The translations under genes and the position numbers were made by a program. A DNA stretch of 64,000 bases from Chromera velia (lineage: Eukaryota), in the NCBI GenBank assembly GCA_018398765.1, contig JAHBMJ010000001.1:62001-126000 (forward strand). The letters are read 5' to 3'. The notes beneath the pieces are model-generated. The model saw only the letters and a program-made list of their open reading frames with translations. It was not told the origin of the DNA and did no database searches. This document shows, one piece after another, positions 1 to 11,262 of the stretch (its first letter is position 1; each line of letters begins with the position of its first letter).

Positions 1-225
1 ATCAAAGGCGGCCGGAGGCCGCCGAAGAAAATCATATGTCTTGATTGAATGTTGCCGAAGGCAAGCAACGAAAGACCGAAGACCACGCCCAAGATGAACG
101 CATGTTAGTGTCAAATTTATGCAAGAAAGTCAACATCAAAAAGATGTACACCTGTCTATACCGTTGTCATGCAAATTGATGGATAGCTTTTGTCACTTTG
201 TTGAGTTGTGAATAAATATAAAAAC

Positions 226-838
226 AATGCTAAATTACCAATATAAAAGTTGAGTGCTTATTGACCTAGTATATATTTCTATAAGAAGTTTTCATTTGTC
301 ATAGTTCTAATTTATCATGATTCATGAGAAATCGATCCCCAAAATTTGTTGAATTAAATCTTTTGAATTCTTGATGCTAATATAAGAGTTGAGTGCTTAT
401 TGACCTAGTATGTAGGGCCTGTACGAGGCGTTGCCGCTGGGCTGGCGGGAGACTCAGTCGCTTGACGGGCTGCTCATACAGAGTATGGGCACGGGATCGA
501 TGAACGTGTGCATCGGTGTATAGAATCAGTGATCGATACACAAAGTGATGCCTTTATTGTGTGCCAGGCAGAAGAAGCTCTGGAAGCAGTATGATTAGCA
601 TGAGTGGTTGCTATCAGAAACTCTAAGACGGAACTCTCTCTAAGAATATCTGTTCAGGAATCTCTCTGTCTAGCCCACCACACTGCTAGCATCATAATTA
701 TTTAGCACGATAGCCCCGTACGCAGCTGATATAGTATATATTTCTATAAGAAGTTTTTATTTGTCATAGTTCTAATTTATCTTAATTCATAAGAAATCGA
801 TCCCCAAAATTTGTTGAATTAAATCTTTTGAATTCTTG
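226..838. repeat. Tandem duplication of a ~150-bp AT-rich segment; the second copy is split by an insertion
   Basis: Positions 248-373 (AGTTGAGTGCTTATTGACCTAGTATATATTTCTATAAG...TTTTGAATTCTTG) recur as 387-410 plus 737-838. Confidence 0.9.
411..731. mobile_element. 321-bp insertion with 5-bp target-site duplication, probably a solo LTR
   Basis: TAGTA flanks both sides (406-410 and 732-736), and the empty site is visible in the first copy at 267-280. The insert begins TGTAGG and ends GCTGATA, i.e. TG...CA with the final CA changed to TA. It is more GC-rich than its flanks. Confidence 0.75.
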
Positions 839-1554
839 TCTTTAAATTCCTTCAGATTCTTCGCTAAATTCCTCTAAATTCTTTTAAATTCCTGTCTAGA
901 TTCCTGTTTAAATTCTTAGGTCCTTGCACGGTAAGCATGTAAAGAGATCTATAGTTGAGGATTAAGCGTTATCAGTTTAAACTTTTAACTCAATCTTTAT
1001 AGTTCTTAAAAACCAATATGTTATAATATGTCAAAATTGATGTCAATTTTTGAAAGTATAGTAAAAATCGATATCGATATCAATTTTAGATGCAATTTTT
1101 AGGTATACTTTTATAGGGTAAGTAACCTTTTTTACACTAGTGAAAATGCAATGAGTGCCGAAGATGGTCTTAATCTTGATCGAAGGCGGCCGTAAGCCAC
1201 CGAAGATTGCAGCATTTTGATTGATTCTAAAAAGTTCATAGCTTAGTGTCAGGGGCATACTTTTGAATATTGAAACTCACAGCTGTTGATCAATTGGCTT
1301 CATTCCATCAAGGGGTTATGATCCATCAGGAAATGTTTTTTGGTGTGTTTTACAGAAATACAAACTCTGTCAAATATTGTCAGTCTGATCATTGTCTGAC
1401 ATCATGATGATGCAGATGACAGCATATGCTGTGACAATGCTGTGACAGCTAGTGCATGGCCCCGCGGAGGGTGGAGCGCATTGTTCTATCAAACTTTTGA
1501 AGCTAGAAAGAATTAAGGGTCAGAAAGACTAAGCTAAACAAAAATGGGCAAGCG

Positions 1555-1630
1555 GCCTAGTACGTATATCATAGTGGTTAAGACGTAAAACTAATAATCA
1601 AAAGGTCACGGATTCGATTTCAGGTCACCT
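1555..1630 (+). pseudogene. Degenerate tRNA-like sequence (Ile-AAT-like loop); tRNA pseudogene or SINE head
   Basis: A-box-like TAGTGGTTAAGACG, loop CTAATAA, then AAGGTCACGGATTCGATT (B-box-like) at tRNA spacing. Acceptor and anticodon stems do not pair well. Confidence 0.4.
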
Positions 1631-2110
1631 CTCTTTCCCCAAATACATAGAAGGTACCAAAACTACAAAATCATGTCCTGTAGCGATACCAAAACAACAA
1701 TAATGGCCTGTATCACAAAATGATGGTCTGTATTATAAACTGAAAGACTATCAAAAGACTCGGAAATTCAAAAGTCTTTCACAGGGACTTAAACTTTACA
1801 GAAAGGAACCAACTGAAAAGTAGCACCCGGATCGACATTGAAGAAGCTTCTCGGAAGTGAACCTTTATCCTTAAGATAAACCAACCTTATACCTCTTAAG
1901 TAGTTTTCAACTGGCAAGTAGTTTCCAATAAGGACCTACTGACCAGTCACCTCTCGGAAGTAGTTTCCACTTATACTTATAACAACCTCTAAGAAGATAA
2001 TCTAAGAAGTTTGGACATCCGGTGTCTCTACTAAGGACTCCTAACTTCTTGTCTCGCTTCTAGAAGGCTCTTTTAGCCTTGTAGCAAGTCGTTTCCAAAG
2101 GGCTCTTTAC

Positions 2111-2227
2111 AAGTAGTTTCCTTTGGAAACTACTTCGGAGTAGGGACCTCTTTGTAAGTTGTTTCCTCTGGAAACTACTTCAGAACACCAACCTCGTGCA
2201 AGTAGTTTCCCTTGGAAACTACTTCGG
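2111..2227. repeat. Three palindromic 25-bp units at 44-45 bp spacing
   Basis: AAGTAGTTTCC-NNN-GGAAACTACTT at 2111, 2156 (one mismatch) and 2200. Half-sites AAGTAGTTT lie upstream near 1898, 1917 and 1958. Confidence 0.85.
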
Positions 2228-3553
2228 ACCGTGAACCTCTACGACCTTTGACTCTCCTCTAGACACTGACTAAAGACCGAAGAGTGGTCTAAGGCTAAGT
2301 TGTCTAAGTTTGAATATATACATATATACCTCTGACTTGCTGTCTAGCCAATCGAGCTAGGAGTAAGCCAGAACAGCGTGGGTTCGCAGCTAAATATATA
2401 TAGGGCTAGAGGATACAGGGATTTAAGAAAGTGCATATATGTTATAAAGGTTAGTATTTTTTTTATGTAATATATAGTATATAACATAGGTCTGTCGGTT
2501 GACGACCTCTTGTTCCCAAATGTATGTTGTTCCCTCTGGCAATGCTATGCTATGCTATACTAATGGTATGGTATCGATGATGAGACATTCTTATCATATA
2601 CATAGATACGATAGAAATCGCGTTGCTACATTATATAATGGTAAAGGTTTTCAAATATTGTATCTAATATTGTATAAATTTATTACACACAAATATATAC
2701 AAGAATATAATTCAACCCAGAATTCAATAATTGTTATTAGCTCTGCCTGTTGCATAGCCAATGGCATACATACTCAGCCTAGGGCATATGCAAGTATCAC
2801 GGTTACGTACTTAATTAAGTTTACTTTCATAGATTTCTCACTAGGTTTTACACAACTTAATGAACTTCAACTTAGTCTTGAAGTATAAGTAACTAGATAA
2901 TTAAATTAAATATTAATTCAATCTAAATTTAAATATACTCGAATCATGACTCGAATCGTTTTTAAACGGATAAGTATACATCATGCCAAGAATCATGGCA
3001 TAAAGGTGTTATGTATGAACGCAACTTTATATAAAAAAATAATAATAAAATAATATTACGTTGCTCAATATGGTTGAGCTGGGTTGAAAACTAGGTTGAA
3101 CACAGTCGAGAAATGAGTTTTCGCCCAACTTTTGGGGCCTTGTGATTCATGATGATAGTGATTCAGACAGTGAGGGGGGTAGAGGGGGGGGGTCACCAAA
3201 CGCAACAAGAAAACGGGGGGAGGGGGAGGTCAGCGCAAAATTTGGTAACTGGACTCGTTACCGGCCGGAGTACAAAAAATCTTTAGTGCGAAGTCAAAAT
3301 TGTCAAAATCGATCAGAATCACAACCTCAAAAAGAGAAAAAAAAAAGGCAGTAAACCGCAAACGCCCGCCGCGACGCACAGGTGCTGTTCCCTCTTCCCC
3401 GCTCCTGCGCTCAAATTATCTCACCACATCCTCACAAGTCAGCCAATTTGCATTTCTCTGTATCGCACCACTGCTTTCACTGAATATTTCACCTTTTACA
3501 GTCTTCGCCTGCATCAAAAATGACTGCATGCATGCAAGACGCCAGGGAGGCAT

Positions 3554-4904
3554 CTAGAGTTTCGATTCTCTGTCAAGCCCTCTCAAATTTCTCTCCCACT
3601 CCCCCCCCTCCTGGATCCCCCCAAGGACCCTCTGTTCCTCCAGGTAGGTCGTCAGGAAAGTGGGGCACTCTCGCCTAGTCACCAAGTCCAGGAACATGCG
3701 CCCTGCCCGGACCAGACGGGAAACGGACGGTTCCGAGAGCCCCCCCCCCTGCTGTGACTCCCTCAGCACCACAGCTGTCACAACTCTCCTGCATCCATCA
3801 CACACACACGACCAGAATTCCAACAGAGACGTCCTCGATCTTTCAAAGAAATTGCATTCAAGCTCCGCCAAAGGTATTACACCTACCAATCAATCAATCA
3901 ACCAACCAATGATAGAATCCGATCCCCTTCCTTGCAAAGAAAGAAAGCAGAGAGACCTCCTTCCGAGTGACCCTTTCAACGGACACCATGCAGCAGTCAT
4001 CCCCCCACGTCATTGAAGGAAGAATGCGCAGAGGAGAAGCGAAAGATAAAAGAGGGAGGGGACATAAAAAAAAAGACCCGATTCTGCAGTGCACAGCCTT
4101 GTAATCTGAATATGCCAGATCAAAACTGCGCACCTCATGGCACTCGTGGCACTACCAAAGAACTCCACACAGACAAAGACAGTGCGTACGAAGAAGATAT
4201 GACAAACCACTGCAGGTGCACACAGGCTCAATTGAAGAGTGGTGTTAGATCTACTCCCTCCCCTCATGCCGGCCAGCGCACGTGCCTCTTCCAACTGACC
4301 TCACGAGTTGCGCGCAGACTGTTTTCTCCAACCGCCTCCCTCCAGCTCCCCTCCAGACCTCCCCAATGACCTCTAACAACACTTGCCCACCCCTCTGTTG
4401 AATTTCCTCCTCGTCTTCCTCCTCCAGAGGCACAGCGTGACGGATCTGCTGCCAGATTTGCGTACGGGAAATCTCCGCCGTCGCGCTGTCCTCAACCTGG
4501 ATGCATGGGCATACACGCGCATGTCAGCATGCGGAGAAATAGAATGAAGAGATATACAAACAATCACATTGCATGCGTGCATCTTTTCTGCATGGACATC
4601 AGCAGCACACACATGCGAATAGATGCAGCGGATGCCAGCATGAAGGCAGATAGACAGGAGAGGCGTATAAGACCATCAACTCTAAGGCACCAAGGTTCCA
4701 TTCCGCACGCTGCCTTAGTACCTGTCCTTCCCGTTTCTTCCCTCCCGTTCAGCAATCGGACAGAGACACACACACCCATAGACAGAGACAGACAGACAGA
4801 CAGACAGACAGACTGACAGACAGACAGACAGACTGACAGACAGACAGACAGACAGACAGACTGACAGACAGACAGACAGACAGACTGACTGACTGACTGA
4901 CTGA

Positions 4905-4961
<57 letters not shown>

Positions 4962-7900
4962 ACAGAGAAAGAAAGAAAGACAGACACACACACACACACA
5001 CACACACAGAGGCAAATATGTACGTAGACCGACTAACCGTTCCATCCAACCCGAAATGTCCCCTTCCACACAGCCAGGCCTCGATGAACTTTACTCCGAC
5101 ACGGGCGTTCTTCGTCAGGCTTGAAAGGGTTGTGGTCTCGACTGCACACACAAACACACGGACACGCACAGGCACAAATATAGGCGCACTCAATCACTCT
5201 CACTCACTCGCTCACTCACTGACACACACACACACACACACATACACATACACACACACAACACACAACACACAACACACAACACACAACACACACACTG
5301 ACACTGACACTGACACTCACACTCACACTCACACACTCACACACACACACGCAAAAACAGATTCAGCCCCCTCCCCTGACGTTTCTTCCCGGAGTCCGGA
5401 CACATGCCTTCGCTTCGCCTCGAGACCAAAAGACAAAAGGGTTCTTCTGTCAGGCACACAGAGAGCACCCCAGCAAGCCTGCCCACTGGCATCTTCTGTT
5501 TTACTTAACTGTTGCCTCGATCCAGACTGCAGGACTGACCCCGGGGGACGTTGAGAAGTTCCGGGGCCGTCACGCGTTCCTCCAGGGTCCTCTCGATCTG
5601 ATTCACGGCGCTGCAGAAAGCATAAAGGAGCGGACAGTCAAAACAATTAATCATACAGACACTTACTTCTAGATGAGGATTCATTCGATGGCGTTCTGGG
5701 GAGGCGCAGAGAAGGAGACCGTGAACACTGCTCTTTTCTTTCATTCTCTGTCAGCTGCCCCCTCAAAAACAACACCGCAGCAGCAGCAGCAGCAGCAGGA
5801 ACAGAAATATACACACACCTCCCTTCCACGCGGTTACATTTTTCTTCGCTTTGCGCTGACTGACCAAATTCCTTCCTGTCCTGTGAATCCGATCTCACCA
5901 CTTGCTAACCCAGATGCATCGCATGCATGTCGCCGACTGGACGCGTGTGGATTCAATTATCTCTTCCCGGTCTTGACTTTTCCGACTTTTTTCCTTCCGT
6001 TGAAGCTCATTGGCCGTTTTCTTCATAATCTGTCTTCTTTCCTTTCCTTCGCTTACAAGGCAGGAAAAGGAAAATCGAAATAGCGTCTGTGTATGTATGT
6101 GCGAGGGTCCGTGTGTGTGTGCAGATCCTTTTGTGGGGTTCGTGTACTGCCATCTGTCTGCTGGAATTCATCTTCGCTTTCCTCTCCTCTCTTCTCCCCC
6201 CGATCCATCCCCTTTTCTTTCCATTGTCACGACGACCGACCGACCCCGGAGCGAAGGCGTCAGAGAAGACGGCCCGGACAGGACCTGCGAGGCCGATGTC
6301 GTACACCAGTCCCCCGTCTGCACCCACGGCAGCCTCGGCCCTCTTTGCAGAAAGGGCAGCTGACAGCTGCAGGGCAGTGGAGGGAAACAACGGATTGCCA
6401 TCACAGCAAACAGAAAGAAAGGGAAATAACGGGAGGAAACGTTTGACGACCGGCCGAGGGAAAAAGAAACCATAAGGACGGTCGACATCTCCATGGCAGG
6501 CAGAGGGGCAGACACTCAACCGAACAACGAAGAAAAGTTGAGCGGTGTGGAGGTTCCTGGCTTCTCGCAGTTCTTCGTTTCCTCTCAGACTGAAAGACAG
6601 GTCTGAGGGGGTCTGCGTGTCTCTTGCAACTCAAATATTACATTCTCTCTGACTACGCGAACGAAACTTAAAACAATTGTTCCCCTTCCTCTTCCAACTC
6701 AGATTCAAATAAATCGGACTGAGTTCTCCTGAGTTGAAACGGACAGCTGCTTACAAAGACAGACCGACCGACCACTGCCTGCTTCCTCTCCTCTGTCCCT
6801 TCCAGCAACTGCGCCACCATCCCCCCCGTCGCGGTGGCACCCCTTCTGTGGCACGTCTCCACCACCAGACGTCTGTAGGAGGCCAAGAAGGACTGCTCCA
6901 TCGATACGTATCTGCACATTCAATCGGTAATTGCTTTTCTTTGGCAGAGTGAATACGTGCACATGCGTACTTGCCATGAGCGGGTGGGGGTTCGGTCCTA
7001 ACTTCTGTTGCTTGTTGTGAAGACAGGTGAACGAGGAAAGGAAAGTGTCGACACGTCAAGGTCTTGCAGGCCATTTATTCTTGTTTGATGATGCGGTGGA
7101 GACGGGCACTTCGCCCAGCGGCACACCTTTTCTCTCTGCGTGTCTTTTCCTCTGCCTCCCTTCCCTTCTGCCTTACGAATGAACGAATTGAGGGACACAC
7201 GCACATGCGCAGAGAGAGGGGGGGAGGCTGCTTTGTTGACCTGGCTTTTTCCTGTCCGGCCCCGGCTTTTGCCTGTCTCGATGACTGACCGACCTGTTTC
7301 TGTCTGGAAACAGCCAGTCTTTTCGAGCCCCTAACCGAGCAATGAACGACGCAGCATAGTCCCAAAGACCGCAATTCAGACCCGCACTGTGATTACGGAG
7401 AGCAAAAAGAGTCTCCTCAGCCTCAAAAGCCAGAGTCAAACTCTCCACCAGCACACACGCACGGATCGCCCCACCCTCACCCCCCCCTCCAGCAGAAGGG
7501 GCCGATGGCACCCCCCTCTTCAAACCGAGAGTCTCCTCTGAGAAGGAAAAGATCTTGCCCCAGACCTCGGCTTCGCGGGCACACTCCAACTGCAGCAGGG
7601 GCACACACAGGAAAACAGACAGACAATACGTTTGTTCTGCTTATTTCCGTTTGCTTGTTCCCGGATGTCCTATTCCTTCTCAGACAAACATTCGAAGGCT
7701 CTCTTGCAGACAAAGCAGAGGATCACTTCATGCATGACAGACTGACAGACACACAATCAACCAGAAAGCACACCAGAAACCATTTTGATGCACCCAAAGG
7801 TCGGGCCGCCAGTGTGCAAACACACAAATCTGGGCGCCCTCTCAGATCATGTCGATGACAGAGGCACAAAACAATGCAGACCCAACAGACCCACGACAAA

Positions 7901-9536
7901 CACGCACCTTCGAGAGATACAGAAAAGGTCCCCTGCCGCTCTCTGCGAGGATCTTCCCGTTGTGGTACACAAAGAGGCCAAAGTCCAACAGAGCCCCGAA
8001 GGCACGCTCCCCCCCCACGATCACATTGGCTTCCGTCATGTTCCACGCTCTCGGTCGGAACATCAGCACATTCTCACACCGTCTCCTCCTTCCGTCTCCC
8101 CCCACCCTCTGCGGCCGTCCCTTCACACCCTCCCTTGGGGCTTCCAGACAATCGTCCAGACGGTCCCGTGAGGCCATCCAGATGTTGAAGTGACCTACAA
8201 GGACGTTCCTCCACGTCGGACAACAACCATCGTCAAAATCGACCTGCAAAACCAAAAGAGAAAGGAATTTTGATCGACCTCCCGAATCAGAAAGACGACA
8301 TCGAATAACAACAGAAAAGAAGGGTTACACTCCAACCACACTACAAACATGGTATCACGTTTCAGTCCAACTACCCTGTCTGATCTCAACTACCCTCTCT
8401 CCTTACCTGTGTCCCGCTGGCTTCTCTGCAGCTGAGTGCCCTCTGGAGACGCGCACCGTCAGAAGGATCAACGTCTCCCAGGTCCACTCGGCGGTCCCTC
8501 AGGGCGGGGGGGGGAGCCGCGACCTTCCATGAGGGATCATTCCTGCATTCATGCAGGGGAACAAGGAGACAAAGGGAACAGACAAGAAAATGCAGAGAGA
8601 GATAAGCAGAGAGACGAACAGGTCGACAGATATGCAGCCAAACGGGTCGGGACGTGACAGAGAAGAAGGTAGAGACAGGGAGCCTAGGCTGGCTTCGCCT
8701 TTGTGGGTGGACACCGTGCAACAAGGAAATGACCCAATGGAAGTTCCCTAAGGTCAATCATGTGCTCACTCACTCCCCCACTCACTCACTCACTCACTCA
8801 CTCACTCACTCACTCACCCACTCACTCACTCACTCACCCACTCACCCACTCACTCACTCACTCACTCACCCACTCACTCCCTCACTCACTCACTCACCGG
8901 ATGTGTGCAGTCTCTGCCTTGAATTCCAGAGGGCAGGTCCCTTGCTGTAGTTGCTGCATGCAGAATCACTCACATGGACAAAGGGCAGGGATTGTGTTCG
9001 AGCTAAGAGAAGTATAGAAGGTGACTGCTTGCAAGGCATGAGAAAACAGGAGCTCTTGAGAGAGAATCACGAATAGATGGCAGACTGAACTTGAATCAAA
9101 GCACTGCACAAGTTGATATCACGACCGCCGACTATGCGAAGCGCAGAGCAGAACACGGCAGCATCAGAGGAATCAGGAGAAAGAGAAAGACAGAAATGGA
9201 CAGCGAAGCACTTCGAGAGACAGAGTCATTGACAAGAACAGGAGGCAGACTGAAGCATTATACAGAGTCAGAGCCAAGGGCAAAGTGTAAAGAGGCTTCG
9301 AGACAGGCAAGCATCCCCGATGAAGGCCCCCTAGCACTTCGACGAATCAGAGAGGCTCATCCCGCCTGGCTGACCTGCCACCTTGCCGCTCTGTCCAGAC
9401 GGAATACCTGGTCTAGTTCTTCCCTGAACTTTTCAGTGAGTACTCCGAGAAAGTGCAGTGCGTCTGGGGAGAACACAGTCGCACAGATGGACTCGTACCC
9501 CTCAGGCACGTTCAGAACTTCCACTGAGAGGGGCAT
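3554..9536 (-). CDS. MLS: Malate synthase, peroxisomal (PTS1 SKL), 11 exons, ~617 aa
   Basis: Exons 9536-9375, 8953-8898, 8542-8407, 8243-7908, 7589-7294, 6911-6773, 6366-6245, 5610-5540, 5141-5038, 4496-4300 and 3788-3554 join in frame (1854 nt). Motifs: ETAHIRNDPSWKVA, DRRVD, VDFDD, RPRAW, GPFLYLSKLE, GLNCGLWDY, TCHRRGATATGGM, catalytic EDSATAEISR. Ends ...RESKL*. The start ATG could lie further upstream. Confidence 0.95.
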
Positions 9537-10348
9537 CGCGCTTGGATGTTGGAGGAGAAAGAGGGCTGGTGAGGCAGGAGAGACAGATTCTGGTCTAGGC
9601 GTCTCCAGTATAGGAGAGGCAAAGAAGAATCTTGCAGACGCAAAAGAAAGCAGTCTGCAGCACCACGCTTGCAAAGAAGTGGAAGCTTCTTTAGACAATC
9701 GCCTCAAGATTCATGCACAGGAGATGCATGAGGTGGCCTGGTGGCGAGCTCTGAAACTGAAGGAGTAAGTGGAGTTGTCAAGGAGACGGCTCATGCAGTA
9801 AAGCTTCAATTTCGCTTTCCGGGACTTGCATGCTTTGCGGCATGCACATGCATGCATGGGCCGTCTCTGCATGCACTTCGCCGTCTCAGTCTGACTTTGT
9901 CATCCGTCTACTTTCCGTCGGAACTGCTCTTCAATGCGATCGTCAGACACAGCGGCACAGCCCAAGTTCCACTGTCGTGCTCCCACCCACCACTTTCCAC
10001 TTTCCATTGACTCCCGCAGAGTGCACGAGTTTCATTCAACAGTGGTGCTTCTGCTTCGGGCCTCTCTTCAGAACCTGGCTGAATCGCATGAACTTCGTCA
10101 GAGACGGAAGTCTGGCAGTGGAGCACTAGCTTCTTCGTGCTATACAGGCCTAAAGAGGCCGAACCAGTGCTCAGTTCTAGGAGCGTCCGGGAATCGTGAA
10201 ATCTGTGCGGAGACAAGGGCCGAGGCAAACTGGTGACATTTACAGTTGGGGCACTCTGGGATTTTTGTGTGTAGACTTCGGAACAGATCTCTTCTTTTGC
10301 TGCCTGCCTTTGTCTCTCTGTTTTGACTTGACATTCCCGCTCGAGAAA

Positions 10349-11217
10349 ATGATTGAAGACGGAGAAGACGACAGCGTGATGGACCCCCGCGTGCTCGAGC
10401 AGGAGAGGGAGAAGTGGACGAGGGAGTGGAACTCTGGCCTGAGGGACCTTCTGCAGGAAATGAGAAGCGTAGACCCCCCAGTCAGTCAGTCAGCCAGCCG
10501 GTCAGCTCGTTCTATCAATCTGCTGCCTTCCCCTATGCTTTTCCTCTCTACCTCCTACCCGTGGTGTGAAAGGTGGTGAGCTCAGAGGCAGTCACTACAC
10601 CCTCGCTGAGAGCTCTTTACTAAGGTGGAGATGGAAAAGAAAAGAAGGGAAGGAACCGTAGTGGACTAAAAGGGGCATTACCATTTTCTGTGTTCTGTTC
10701 TGGTCTGTGTCTGCACTTTCAATGCCTTTCTTCTTTTTCTTCTTCGTCTTCTTCTGTTTGCAGTTCCCTCTGCCCCTGGTCCGGTTCCTCTTGGAGAAGT
10801 CTGGGTGTCCGATCGAGGGGGAGGACAGAGAGAGTCAAAACGTGTCAGTCAGTCAGTCAGGCAGGCAGACAGGCAGTCAGTTAGTCAATTAGTCAGTTAG
10901 GCAGGCAGGCAGGCAGGCAGGCAGTCAGTCTGTCTGTCAGTCAGGCAGGCAGGCACTTAGTCAGGCAGGCAGGCAGGCAGGCTGGCAGGCAGTTAGGCAG
11001 TCAGTCAGGCAGTCAGTCAGTCTGTCTGTCAGTCAGGCAGGCAGGCACTTAGTCAGGCAGGCAGGCAGGCAGGCTGGCAGGCAGTTAGGCGGTTAGTCGG
11101 TTAGTCAGTTAGTCAGTTAGTTAGTCAGTTAGTCCGTTAGTCAGTTAGTCAGTCAGTCAGTTAGTTAGTTAGTCAGTCAGTCAGTCAGGCAGGCAGGCAG
11201 GCAGGCAGGCAGTCAGT

Positions 11218-11262
<45 letters not shown>

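Noticed and set aside
1..30. GC hairpin GGCGGCC-GGA-GGCCGCC (variant copy at 1179-1206) as a terminator or Helitron end
   Set aside because: No U-tract or CTRR end follows, and it is cut by the window edge; noted only as a short repeat.
2111..2227. CRISPR array
   Set aside because: Only three units, the spacers are short and related to each other, there are no cas genes, and the context is eukaryotic.
9908..10334. Extra coding exon or gene between MLS and TAF10
   Set aside because: Open frames exist, but I found no phase-consistent splice path or recognisable motif.
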